Shown: positions 9,594-18,970, counted from the first letter of the stretch. The stretch: 64,000 nucleotides of DNA from Candidatus Eiseniibacteriota bacterium (GCA_963744995.1 CAVUWA010000011.1:64001-128000), one strand, 5' to 3'. The notes: a model not told the origin generated them from the sequence alone. Numbers and translations are program-made.

Positions 9594-11003
9594 GTGCGCA
9601 TCCTCCACTGGTTCCGCAAGGACCTGCGGCTCTCCGACAACACCGCGCTCGACGAGGCGCTGCGCGATGCCGCGGGGAACGTCGTGCCGTTCTATGCGAG
9701 CGAGCCCTCGATCCTCGGTCGCGACGACATGGCGGCGGTGCGCGTGCAGTTCGTGCTCGACGCGCTCGCGGACCTGGCGGGTGCGCTCGAGCGCGCGGGC
9801 TCGCACCTGGCTCTCGACCACGGCGAGGCCACCGACACCGTGCCGCGCGCGGCACGTGCCGCCGGGGCGGACGCCGTGTACTGGAACGACGAATACGAGC
9901 CCGCGCTGCGCGCCCGCGACGACGCCGTGGAGGCGGCACTCGCCGCGCAGGGCATCCGCGTGAAGCGCTTTCACGACCGCCTGCTGGTGCCGCCCGACGC
10001 GGTGCGCACCGGCAGGGGCGATCCGTTCGTCGTCTATTCGCCGTTCCGGCGCGCGTGCGAAGCGCTGCCGATCGGCACGCCGCGGCGCGCGGCAGGGCGT
10101 TTCGCCCCGCATGAGCTGCCGCGGCGCCGCATCGCGAAGCTCGCGGCGCTCGGCTTCGAGCTGCGGGTGCCGGCCTGGGCCTCCGGCGAGGCCGCGGCGC
10201 GGGCGCAGCTCCAGCGGTTCGTGCAGGACGGGCTCGCGCGCTACGGCACCGATCGCGACCGTCCTGCGGCGGGGGCCGTGTCGCGGCTCTCGCCGCATCT
10301 TCGCTTCGGCACGATCTCGGTGCGCACGGTGGCGGCCGCGGCGCACGAGGCGGCGCGCGCCGACCGGCGGCTCGGGAAGGCCGTGGACAGGTACGTGGCG
10401 GAGCTGCGCTGGCGCGACTTCTACGCGCACGTCCTCTACCACTTTCCGCACGCCGAGCACGGCGCGTTCCGAAGGCGCTACGACGCGCTCGCCTGGGAGG
10501 GCGACCCTGCGCACTTCGAAGCCTGGCGCGCGGGCCGCACCGGCTATCCGATGGTGGATGCCGGCATGCGCGAGCTGGCCGCGACCGGCTTCATGCACAA
10601 CCGCCTGCGGATGATCGTAGCGGCATTCCTGGTCAAGGACCTGCTGCTCGACTGGCGGACGGGCGAGCGGCACTTCATGAACCATCTGGTCGACGGGGAC
10701 CTCGCGAGCAACAACGGCGGCTGGCAGTGGGCCGCCTCGACCGGCACCGACGCGCAGCCGTACTTCCGGATCTTCAACCCCGTCCTGCAGGGCGAGCGCT
10801 ACGACGCCCGGGGCGAGTACGTGAAGCGGTGGGTGCCGGAGCTGGCGGGCCTCGAGCCGAAGTGGCTCCACCGGCCCTGGGAAGCGCCGGATGAAGCGCT
10901 CGATCGGGCCGGGATTGCCCTCGGCCGCGACTACCCGCAGCCGATCGTCGATCACGCCGAGCAGCGGGATCTGGCCCTGGAGATGTTCAGGGTGGCGAAA
11001 TGA
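9594..11003 (+). CDS. phrB: Deoxyribodipyrimidine (class I CPD) photolyase
   Basis: GTG start after GGGAG. WFRKDLRLSDN, LSPHLRFG, WRDFY, GRTGYPMVDAGMR, MHNRLRM and DGDLASNNGGWQW motifs. Confidence 0.93.
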   Translation: MRILHWFRKDLRLSDNTALDEALRDAAGNVVPFYASEPSILGRDDMAAVRVQFVLDALADLAGALERAGSHLALDHGEATDTVPRAARAAGADAVYWNDEYEPALRARDDAVEAALAAQGIRVKRFHDRLLVPPDAVRTGRGDPFVVYSPFRRACEALPIGTPRRAAGRFAPHELPRRRIAKLAALGFELRVPAWASGEAAARAQLQRFVQDGLARYGTDRDRPAAGAVSRLSPHLRFGTISVRTVAAAAHEAARADRRLGKAVDRYVAELRWRDFYAHVLYHFPHAEHGAFRRRYDALAWEGDPAHFEAWRAGRTGYPMVDAGMRELAATGFMHNRLRMIVAAFLVKDLLLDWRTGERHFMNHLVDGDLASNNGGWQWAASTGTDAQPYFRIFNPVLQGERYDARGEYVKRWVPELAGLEPKWLHRPWEAPDEALDRAGIALGRDYPQPIVDHAEQRDLALEMFRVAK

Positions 11004-11178
11004 CGATATTTCGTCATTCAGAGGCGATGGGTGGGCCAGCCTGCGCTCCGGGGGACCTCGATTCGCTCCAGGTTGGTACGCCCGTTTGCAGCGCGCGCGA
11101 GCGCCGTGCGGGGGCGGCAACTGGCCCATGCGTCAGGCTTTCGCGATATTTCGTAATTACAAGTCAACGATATTTCGT
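11001..11178. promoter_or_regulatory. Three copies of the motif CGATATTTCGT (11004, 11144, 11168), a putative operator, next to -10 TAGAGT at 11180-11185
   Basis: Exact AT-rich 11-mer occurs three times in high-GC DNA. The first copy lies in the imperfect palindrome TGACGATATTTCGTCA. Confidence 0.7.
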
Positions 11179-11191
11179 CTAGAGTTCGCAC

Positions 11192-11908
11192 ATGCTCGAC
11201 GCGAGGTCTTCCGGGAACGCGATTCTCGACCGGCTCGCCACCGGACTCATCGCCGGCGCGGATGGGGTGCTCGCCCGGGTCTGGCTGATGGGCCCGGGCG
11301 ACCTCTGCCAGGAATGCGCCATGCAGCGCGAATGCGCCGATCGGGCGCGCTGTCTGCACCTGGTGAAGAGCGCCGGCACCACCGCGCGGATCGACGGCCC
11401 GTTCCGGCGTTTTCCGCTCGGTGCGCGGGAAGTCGGCCGCGTTCCGGAGACCTCGCAGACGTTCGTCGTGAACGACGGTCTCGAAGCCATGGGCCTGGCC
11501 GATCGCGCCTGGCTCATGGCGCACGACGTCCGCGCCTTCGCCGCGGCGCCGATGGTGGTGGAGGGCGTCTGCACCGGCGTGGTCGCCGTGTTCGCGCGCC
11601 GGGCGATCGAGCCCGCGCTCGTGGCGGCGATCGAGGCGATGGCAGCGATCGCCGGCGGTGCGCTCGCCGCGCTGCGCGAAGCGCCGGCGGCGCCGCGGGC
11701 CGCGGCGCGTGCGTCGACCGCAGCCGTGGCAGGCATCGACTGCCTGCGCGCCTGGGATCACATCGAGCGCGAGGTGCTGGAACGCGTGCTCCTCCACACC
11801 GGCGGCAGGGTCAGCGGCCCGCATGGCGCCGCGGCGATCCTCGATCTGAAACCGACGACGCTGCAGTCACGCCTCAAGCGGCTCGGCGTTCGCAGGAAAC
11901 GCGGGTGA
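11192..11908 (+). CDS. Cys-rich GAF domain plus Fis-type HTH regulator (FhlA-like, lacking the AAA+ domain)
   Basis: GAF with CQECAMQRECADRARC. C-terminal GGRVSGPHGAAAILDLKPTTLQSRLKRLG. No Walker A or GAFTGA motif. Confidence 0.8.
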   Translation: MLDARSSGNAILDRLATGLIAGADGVLARVWLMGPGDLCQECAMQRECADRARCLHLVKSAGTTARIDGPFRRFPLGAREVGRVPETSQTFVVNDGLEAMGLADRAWLMAHDVRAFAAAPMVVEGVCTGVVAVFARRAIEPALVAAIEAMAAIAGGALAALREAPAAPRAAARASTAAVAGIDCLRAWDHIEREVLERVLLHTGGRVSGPHGAAAILDLKPTTLQSRLKRLGVRRKRG

Positions 11909-12918
11909 GCGACGCGCACCCGGCCCGGGACGGCGCGTCCGCCGGGCCGCCGGGCCGTCCGCTCCACGCCTGGTACAGCGACCACTTTCCGCTGCCGCTT
12001 CCGGCCGGGCATCCGTTTCCACTGGCGAAGTACGGCGCCCTGCGCGAGTTGCTCGTTGCGGGCGGCGTGCTCGACGCCGCGCACGTCCACCCCTCGGACA
12101 TCGCGCCGGAGGAGTGGCTCGCGCTCGTCCACAGCGCGGAGTACATCGCCCGCGTCGGTCGCGGCGAGCTCGGCCCGTCCGAGCGGCTGCGTCTCGGCCT
12201 GCCGTGGTCGGAGGCGCTCCTGGCCCGCGCGCGCGCGGCGCTCTACGGCACCGTGATGGCGGCCCGCGCGGCGCTGGTGCACGGCATCGCCGGGAACCTC
12301 GCCGGCGGCACGCATCACGCCTACCGCGACCGCGCCGAGGGCTACTGCGTCTTCAACGACCTCGCGGTGGCGATTGAGTGGTTGCGGGCCGAGGGCCGGA
12401 TCGCGCGGCCGTTCGTCGCCGACCTCGACGTGCATCAGGGCAACGGCACGGCGGCGATCTTCGAGCACGACGAGACGACGTTCACGTTCTCGATGCATGG
12501 CGAGGCGAACTACCCGAACCCCAAGGAGCGCAGCTCGCTCGACGTGCCGCTCGCCCGCGGCTGCGACGACGCCACGTACCTCGCGGCGCTCGACGCGCAC
12601 CTGCCGGCGGCGCTGGCGCGGCACCGGCCCGACATCGTGTTCTATCAGGCCGGCGTGGACGGGCTCGCCGAAGATCGCTTCGGCCGCCTCGCGCTCACCC
12701 ACGCGGGCCTCATCGAGCGCGACCGGCGCGTCTTCCAATGGTGCGAAGCTCGCGGACTCCCGATCGTGATCGCGCTCGGCGGCGGCTACGGACGCCCGCT
12801 CGAAGCGACGATCGCCGCGCACGCGAACGTCTGGCGCGTCGCGCGCGAAGCCCTTGCGCGGCGCCCGGCCACGGCCGGCGCGGCGCGGCCGGCCGAACGC
12901 GCGACCGACGGCCGCTGA
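11905..12918 (+). CDS. Histone deacetylase family (Zn-dependent deacylase)
   Basis: GTGA overlap with the upstream gene. GHPFP..KY, GGTHHA, GYCVFND, DLDVHQGNGT and GGGY motifs. Confidence 0.9.
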   Translation: MSDAHPARDGASAGPPGRPLHAWYSDHFPLPLPAGHPFPLAKYGALRELLVAGGVLDAAHVHPSDIAPEEWLALVHSAEYIARVGRGELGPSERLRLGLPWSEALLARARAALYGTVMAARAALVHGIAGNLAGGTHHAYRDRAEGYCVFNDLAVAIEWLRAEGRIARPFVADLDVHQGNGTAAIFEHDETTFTFSMHGEANYPNPKERSSLDVPLARGCDDATYLAALDAHLPAALARHRPDIVFYQAGVDGLAEDRFGRLALTHAGLIERDRRVFQWCEARGLPIVIALGGGYGRPLEATIAAHANVWRVAREALARRPATAGAARPAERATDGR

Positions 12919-13051
12919 TCCGGGGGCGGTGCCGGCGTGCCCGCGGGCCGTGCGGCGCGGCGCGGCCGGCGACCGCGCGCCGCGTCGCGTCCACGCCGTT
13001 CACGAAACCGGCAACAGCGTTTTCACCCGCATGAATATTGGTCGAAATCGC

Positions 13052-13079
13052 TTGACGCGCGTCGTGGCGTTGCTAGGAT
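13052..13079 (+). promoter_or_regulatory. Sigma70-type promoter TTGACG-N16-TAGGAT with extended TG
   Basis: Consensus-like hexamers about 40 nt upstream of the GGAGG/ATG at 13122. Confidence 0.55.
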
Positions 13080-13121
13080 GCGCGTGCCCTGCCCCCGGGG
13101 TGACGAGGGGAGGTGAAGGGT

Positions 13122-13508
13122 ATGCAGCAGGGCATTCGAGCGCTCGCCACGTGCGTGGCGATGGCGCTCGTCGCGACCATCGCGGCGCCGGCGATCGTGC
13201 CGTCCGCACACGTCGCGCACGCGGCGGCGTCCTCCACGCCGCAGGCCGCGTCCAAGGCTACGAAGAAGGTGCGGGTGAAGACGTATCAGTTCACCGGCGT
13301 GATCGTGGCGATGGACAAGTCGTCGATCACCGTCGAGAAGGGCAAGAAGAAGCCGACGCGCAAGGTCTTCTCGAAGTACGAGAAGATGAGGGTGAAAGGC
13401 GACCTCGAGAAGGGCGCCCGCGTCACGGTCTACTACCGCAAGCAGGGCGACGAAGCGATCGCGCACCGCGTGGTCGTGAAGGAAGAGCCTTCCGCGAAGG
13501 AGGGCTGA
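13122..13508 (+). CDS. Small secreted Lys-rich beta/OB-fold-like hypothetical protein
   Basis: GGAGG RBS, signal peptide ending AHA, and the pattern FTGVIVA...G.RVTV.Y. Confidence 0.7.
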   Translation: MQQGIRALATCVAMALVATIAAPAIVPSAHVAHAAASSTPQAASKATKKVRVKTYQFTGVIVAMDKSSITVEKGKKKPTRKVFSKYEKMRVKGDLEKGARVTVYYRKQGDEAIAHRVVVKEEPSAKEG

Positions 13509-13564
13509 TCGGCTCCGGGCCGGGCGCGCCTCCGCGCCCGGCGCCGGCGAACCTCGCGGGCCGG

Positions 13565-15571
13565 CTACACCCGGCGCACCACCACCAGCGTCACGTCGTC
13601 GGCCTCGAGATGGCCGTGCGTGAACGTCCGCACGTCCTCCAGCACCGCCTCCGCCACGCCGCGGGAGTCGAGTCCGCGCGCGACCAGCCGCGGTACGAGG
13701 TCGCGCAGGCGATCGTCGCCGTACATGTCGTCCCCGCGCTCGGCCTCGGTGATGCCGTCCGAGTACAGGACCAGCACGTCGCCGGTCTCGAAAGGCGTCT
13801 CGCCTTCCTCGTAGGGCATGCCCTCGACCATCGCCAGCGGCAACCCGGTGGATTCGAGCAGGATCAGCGCTCCGCCGCGCATCAGCAGCACCGGGTTGTG
13901 CCCCGCGCTGCAGTAGCGCAGCGGCCCGTCGCCGTGCGGGAAGATCCCGAGGAAGAACGTGGCGAAGCGTCCGGGATCCGTCGCGTGATAGAGCGATGCG
14001 TGCATGGCGGAAACGATCGCCTGCGGCGATTCGCCCGCGCGCGCCTCGGCGTGAAACGAGGCACGCAGGTGCGACATGAGCAGGGCGGCCGCGACGCCCT
14101 TTCCCGACACGTCGCCCACGCACACGGCGAGGCGGTCGGCGCCGACGCCGGTCCAGTCGTAGTAATCGCCGCCCACCTGCTGCGCCGGGATGTTCAGCCC
14201 CCAGACGTCATACCCTTCGACCTTCGGCGGCCTCGCCGGCAGGAGGTTGCGCTGAATCGTACGCGCGACTTGAAGCTCGTGCTCCTGCGCCCGCGTGCTG
14301 CGATCGATGAGCACGCGGCGGAAGACCTCGGTGCTGCCCCAGGTGAGCGGGGGCAGCAGCAGCGCCATCGTCGCCGGCACCACGATCCCGCCCCACGCAA
14401 ACAGCCCGAACACCACGGCCGACATCAGCACCAGCGCGCCGAACATCGTCGCGAGCGCGCGCGGCAGGGGCAGCGTCATGAACATCCATCCCAGCGTCGC
14501 CGCGATGAACGCCAGCAGGGCCATGGTGAGGACCTGCGGGGCGGGCCTCAGGAAGCGCCCTTCCAGGTCGGCATTCACGGCGTTCGCGTGGATGAACACC
14601 AGCGGCGTGGCGGAGGAGAACGGCGTGGGGCCGATATCCGTCGCGTTCTCGCCCACCGCGGTCGCCCCGACGAGGACCAGGCGGTCCCTGAACGCATCGC
14701 GCAACCGCTGCGTTTCACCGTCGCGATACCAGCGCAGCACGTCGATCATCGAAGTGTGGTTGCGGAACGCCTCGCGGTCGCCGGCGAAGTCGATCGCGGT
14801 CGCGCCTTCGGCATCCACCGGCACGACCAGCCGCCCGCCGCCCGCCCAGTGCACGGTCACGGCTCCGTCGCGCAGCTCGAGGTCGGGCAGCGTCGTGTCG
14901 GCGCGCGCCCCCGCCGCGACGCGGAATGCGAGCGACGGATAGACGCGGTCGCCGTAGCGAACGAACTGGGGCACGCGCCGCACGACGCCGTCGGGATCGA
15001 CCGCCACCGACGCATGGCCGAGCCCCGACGTCGCCGCGAGCAGGGCGTCGTAGGGCAGCGAGACCCGCACCGCGGCGGCCGGCCAGTCCCCCGAGAACGG
15101 CAGGCCGTGTTTCATGAGCAGGGCCTGCTCGAACGGCGCCGTCGCCGCGCCGCCGCCCTGCGCGGGATCTTCGGGGACGAATGCGACGGCGTGAACGACG
15201 TTCGGATGCATGGCCGTCACCGCGGCGAGCAGTCGATCGCCCTGCGGGTCGTCCTCGTCTTCACCGAGGAACAGCAGATCGAACCCCACGCTGCGCGCCC
15301 CGGCTTCGGCGAGCGCCGCGATCAGCACGGCGTAGGTTTCGCGCGGCAGGGGCCAGCGCCCGTATTCCGCGATCGTTTCGTCGTCGACTTCCACGAGCGC
15401 GATGCGGTCCGACGCGGGTCGCGTCCCGCGGGCCAGATAGGCGACGTCGAGCAGCTTGAGATCCGGAATGCGGAACGCACCGAAGCCGTGGAGCAGGGCC
15501 AGCAGCACCCACGCGGTCAGCGCGATGCCGACGCCCCGCAGCCACTGCTGTCGCGGCCCCGTCGGGCTCAT
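13565..15571 (-). CDS. CHASE2 sensor plus three TM helices plus PP2C/SpoIIE serine phosphatase
   Basis: GRWPLPR, DPDGVVRRVP and IHANAV (CHASE2). VGGDYYD, GDVSGKG, YSDGITEA and DDVT (SpoIIE). Confidence 0.92.
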   Translation of the reverse strand: MSPTGPRQQWLRGVGIALTAWVLLALLHGFGAFRIPDLKLLDVAYLARGTRPASDRIALVEVDDETIAEYGRWPLPRETYAVLIAALAEAGARSVGFDLLFLGEDEDDPQGDRLLAAVTAMHPNVVHAVAFVPEDPAQGGGAATAPFEQALLMKHGLPFSGDWPAAAVRVSLPYDALLAATSGLGHASVAVDPDGVVRRVPQFVRYGDRVYPSLAFRVAAGARADTTLPDLELRDGAVTVHWAGGGRLVVPVDAEGATAIDFAGDREAFRNHTSMIDVLRWYRDGETQRLRDAFRDRLVLVGATAVGENATDIGPTPFSSATPLVFIHANAVNADLEGRFLRPAPQVLTMALLAFIAATLGWMFMTLPLPRALATMFGALVLMSAVVFGLFAWGGIVVPATMALLLPPLTWGSTEVFRRVLIDRSTRAQEHELQVARTIQRNLLPARPPKVEGYDVWGLNIPAQQVGGDYYDWTGVGADRLAVCVGDVSGKGVAAALLMSHLRASFHAEARAGESPQAIVSAMHASLYHATDPGRFATFFLGIFPHGDGPLRYCSAGHNPVLLMRGGALILLESTGLPLAMVEGMPYEEGETPFETGDVLVLYSDGITEAERGDDMYGDDRLRDLVPRLVARGLDSRGVAEAVLEDVRTFTHGHLEADDVTLVVVRRV

Positions 15572-15584
15572 GGCCGGAGCGTTC

Positions 15585-16316
15585 CTACTTCATCCAATAG
15601 AGCACCGACGCGACGTGGTCCGTGTCGCCGGCCCGCGGGCCCGCCGAACGCCAGGTCCGGGCCGGGTTGCGGGCCCGGGAATGAGTTCGTGTCGAGTCCT
15701 TCGCGGCGCCGGCCTTCATCGAGTCGCCGGGCACCCGCATCGTGGCGGCGTCCAGGAGCGCGCGGACTTCCTGCGGGCTCACGAACGGCTTGTCCGAGCC
15801 GCGCTGCGCCCGGTCCCTCGCCTCCGACAGGCCGAGCAACCGCGCCGCCGCGACTTCGCCGCCCGCGAGCTTCACGCCACGCGCGGCCTCGGCCTCGGCT
15901 GCGTCCGTTTCACCCATGAGCATGAGCGTGGTCGCGCGATTGAGAATGACGCCCGCCGCCTTCGGCTGCGCATCGAGGGCACGGTCGTAGAACGCGAGAG
16001 CCACGTCGAGATCGCCGCTCACGACCCGCAGGTTGCCCAGGTTGTTGAGCGCGCGGGCGTCACCGGGCGATGCCGAGAGCATCGACACGAACGTCGACTC
16101 CGCGCCCTTGGCGTCACCGGACATGGCGAGCATCACGCCGTACTCGCAGCGGCGATCCGCCGAAGCGGCGGCCGCGGACGGCGTCGCGTCCTTCCCCGCC
16201 ACCGCCTGCGGGGGAGCACCCTGCGCTTCGGCCGTTCCGGCGGCGAGCCACAGTGCCACGACGGCCCACGCGGCGCCGTGCCATCCTCGCCTGTTTCCAA
16301 CGTTTCCCCGGCTCAT
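15585..16316 (-). CDS. Secreted TPR protein ending in YWMK
   Basis: GAGG RBS, signal peptide ending AEA, and TPR motif ALNNLGNL...ALAFYDRAL. Confidence 0.75.
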   Translation of the reverse strand: MSRGNVGNRRGWHGAAWAVVALWLAAGTAEAQGAPPQAVAGKDATPSAAAASADRRCEYGVMLAMSGDAKGAESTFVSMLSASPGDARALNNLGNLRVVSGDLDVALAFYDRALDAQPKAAGVILNRATTLMLMGETDAAEAEAARGVKLAGGEVAAARLLGLSEARDRAQRGSDKPFVSPQEVRALLDAATMRVPGDSMKAGAAKDSTRTHSRARNPARTWRSAGPRAGDTDHVASVLYWMK

Positions 16317-16323
16317 GATCGCC

Positions 16324-16938
16324 TCATTTCTTCCAGTACATGAACTCGTGGATCCGGCGGGCGGCTTCCGCACGCACTGCGGAATTCCGCATCCGCCCCG
16401 CGGCGGGTCTTCCCGCGCCTTCACCGCCAATTGCCTTCCGCGCCGCGCCTTCGGGCGATGTCCCGGATCCCGCGGCCCGCTGCAGGACATCGATGAGCAG
16501 GAGTCGTGCCGCATCGTCGGCGCCCGCATCGGCGTCGAGATCGAGCAGCGCGAGCGCCGGGGCGAGGCCGCCGGCCTCGTCGAGCCCGCGGGCGAGCGGC
16601 GCGGCGGCGGCCACCGTGTCGCCCCGCACGTATCGCACGAGCCCGAGGTTCAACGCCAGCCCGGCGTCGGCCGGATCCGCGGCGGTCGCCCGCCGCAGCC
16701 AGTGTTCGGCGGCGGCCGGATCGCCCTCGGCGGCGGCCACCACCGCGAGCCCGTTCATGGCGGCGGCCGACGTGGAGTCCGCCGCGTACGCCGCCTCGAG
16801 GCGCGCGTGCGCCTCGTCCCAGCGGCCTGCGAGCGCGTAGACGTGCGCCACTTCCAGCGCGCCGGCGAGCGAAGGGGACGGCGCGCCGAGATCGCCGAAA
16901 CGGCGGCTCATGAAATCACGTTTCCACTCGCTGACCAC
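16324..16938 (-). CDS. TPR protein ending in YWKK; probably the frameshifted C-terminus of the upstream PorV-transglutaminase gene
   Basis: TPR motifs (AMNGLAV, LALNLGLV..GD). No RBS or signal peptide; overlaps the upstream ORF. Confidence 0.65.
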   Translation of the reverse strand: MVSEWKRDFMSRRFGDLGAPSPSLAGALEVAHVYALAGRWDEAHARLEAAYAADSTSAAAMNGLAVVAAAEGDPAAAEHWLRRATAADPADAGLALNLGLVRYVRGDTVAAAAPLARGLDEAGGLAPALALLDLDADAGADDAARLLLIDVLQRAAGSGTSPEGAARKAIGGEGAGRPAAGRMRNSAVRAEAARRIHEFMYWKK

Positions 16939-18883
16939 CGTGGCGTCGCGGCGTCAGCCGCTTCCGCAGATCCGCCTCGTCGATGTCCACGTCGGCCCGG
17001 CGCCCCGGCGGCACCACCGGCTCGAAGCGCGCCTGCGCGGCCGCCACGTCGACGAATTGCACGCGCCCGCGGGCCTTCCATCCGGCGTAGGCCTCCGCGC
17101 CGATCTCCCAGGCGCGCGCGAAACCCTGCGCGAGGGCGGTCGTCTCGAGCGGAATCCAGACCTGCTCATCGTCGATCACCAGCAGGTCCGGGTCGATGCC
17201 CAGCGCGATCGCGTTGCGCTCGTGGACGCCGGTGCCGACCAGCAGCGACAGGTGCCCGGGCACGTCGACGAACCGCGTCGGCACGCCGACGTTCTCGAGC
17301 AGGGCCGCCATGAGCACGGTCGTGTCGTCGCAGTCGCCGGTGCGCGTGCGCAGCGTCTCGTACGGGTAGTGCACGGTGTCCACCGCGTTCTCGGTCTCCG
17401 AGATTTCCGTGTACGGATTGTTCGGGTCCGGCACGTAGGCGATGCCTATCGAAGCCAGCGCGTCCGTCATCGCCGCAGCGAAATCCAGGTTCCGGTTGCC
17501 GAAGGGGCGATTCTCCATGCGCACGACGGTGCCGCTGGCGGCGCGTGCGACGGCGTCCACGAGCGGATCGCGCGTGGTCACGAACGCCGCCGCCTGCGCG
17601 ACGCCGTCGCCCCACAGGATCGCGCCCGGCGCGTAGGCCACGCAGCGCGCCGCGGACCTGTCCTCCCGGATCAGACGCCGGCTCTGGTAGCTCGCCTTCA
17701 CCTCCACCTGGACCGGCCGGTCCTCGCTGCGCGCCAGCGCGCGGTCGGTGAACACGGCGGTCATCGGCACTTGCTGCACGGCTTTCGGCCGGAGCAGCAA
17801 GGTCTGCACCGAGGGCGCGTCCATGAGATCCGGAACGAACACGCTGAGTTGCGTCTGCAGCGGCTCGTCCTCGAGGTTGCGCAGCTGGATCGTGCCGAAC
17901 GCATCGTGCGCGTAGCGTTTGAGCTGCGAGGTGAAGATGGCCTCGGCCTCGACGTGTTCGATCCGGACCCGCGACGGATTGAAGTTGAACGCCAGCGCCA
18001 GCGCGAAGTGATCCGTCGCGTCGAGCGAGGGGTGCTCTTCGCGCGCATAGTCGAAGTGGAAGATGCCGGCTTTGAGCCCGATCCCGTAGGACCACGTGCT
18101 GCCCTCGCCGCCACGGGTGTCGTTCTGCACCCCGGCGCGCAACGCGAGCGCGTCGAGCGGGTAGGCCTCGACGCCCAGGTGCCAGCGGTCGTCGAGGTCC
18201 AACGCCACCGTGCCCACCTTCGGCAGCTGGTATGCCGCCGCGGCGCGCAGATTGCGCGGGTAGACCACGCGCGAACCGCGCGTCTCGTCGCGGATCCGGG
18301 TATCGAAGGCGTCCTGGGCCACCAGCGCTCCGCGCAGTCCGTGCCACGGTCCGGCCAGGATCCCGAAGTCCGCCCCCGTGCCCTGGCCTTTCGCGACCTC
18401 GGCGCCGTCCAGCGTGATGCTGCCGTTCAGGTACTTGATGCCGGCGCCGGCCGACAGCCACGGCACGATCCGCAGCCCGTAGGAGAAATCGATCCGGTTC
18501 TCGCCCGCGCCGAGCTCGTCGTCTTCGTAGCCCGAGTGGTACCAGGCGGACGCGGCCACCTGGCGCACCGACAGCGGCAGCACGAACGACACCAGATTGT
18601 CGCGGATGCCGCTGCCGAACAGGTCGGCGTGCGTCGCCGCGACCTCCTGGTGTCCGATCTGCGGGAGCCCGGCCGGATTCCAGAAGGTGGCCGACCCGTC
18701 GTCCGCGACCGCGCTGAATGCGCCTCCCATGGCGATCGCCCGCGGTCCGACCGGCACCTGGTAGCTCTGGGCGCGGGCCGGGCCACACGCCGCGCCGAGC
18801 ATCGCGAGGGCGCACACCGCGACCACGACCGCCGGAGCTCCTCCGCGGGTCGCCCCGCGCCTGTGGTGGCCGGGTGGGAACAT
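16916..18883 (-). CDS. PorV/FadL-like outer-membrane barrel fused to a transglutaminase-like (Cys-His) domain
   Basis: Signal peptide, GPRAIAMGGAFSAVADD..FWNPAGL (PorV-type N-terminus), and TGDCDD, GHL, WIPLETT (transglutaminase-like core). Confidence 0.8.
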   Translation of the reverse strand: MFPPGHHRRGATRGGAPAVVVAVCALAMLGAACGPARAQSYQVPVGPRAIAMGGAFSAVADDGSATFWNPAGLPQIGHQEVAATHADLFGSGIRDNLVSFVLPLSVRQVAASAWYHSGYEDDELGAGENRIDFSYGLRIVPWLSAGAGIKYLNGSITLDGAEVAKGQGTGADFGILAGPWHGLRGALVAQDAFDTRIRDETRGSRVVYPRNLRAAAAYQLPKVGTVALDLDDRWHLGVEAYPLDALALRAGVQNDTRGGEGSTWSYGIGLKAGIFHFDYAREEHPSLDATDHFALALAFNFNPSRVRIEHVEAEAIFTSQLKRYAHDAFGTIQLRNLEDEPLQTQLSVFVPDLMDAPSVQTLLLRPKAVQQVPMTAVFTDRALARSEDRPVQVEVKASYQSRRLIREDRSAARCVAYAPGAILWGDGVAQAAAFVTTRDPLVDAVARAASGTVVRMENRPFGNRNLDFAAAMTDALASIGIAYVPDPNNPYTEISETENAVDTVHYPYETLRTRTGDCDDTTVLMAALLENVGVPTRFVDVPGHLSLLVGTGVHERNAIALGIDPDLLVIDDEQVWIPLETTALAQGFARAWEIGAEAYAGWKARGRVQFVDVAAAQARFEPVVPPGRRADVDIDEADLRKRLTPRRHGGQRVET

Positions 18884-18970
18884 GCGCGAAGGGTGCGCAA
18901 TCGCCGACCACGATACAAGCACGATCCACGCTGGTGCGGCCCGCGGGGCCCCGTTATCCTCGCGCACCTC

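Noticed and set aside
12854..15919. 1021-aa plus-strand ORF and similar long antisense ORFs (e.g. 1069-2922, 23984-26425, 27303-29276, 30038-32098)
   Set aside because: These are shadow ORFs caused by stop-codon scarcity in high-GC DNA, lying opposite genes with clear motifs.
16910..18970. N-terminal 687 aa of the 1273-aa ORF
   Set aside because: Antisense to the PorV-transglutaminase gene. Protein-like sequence begins at ATG 18971.
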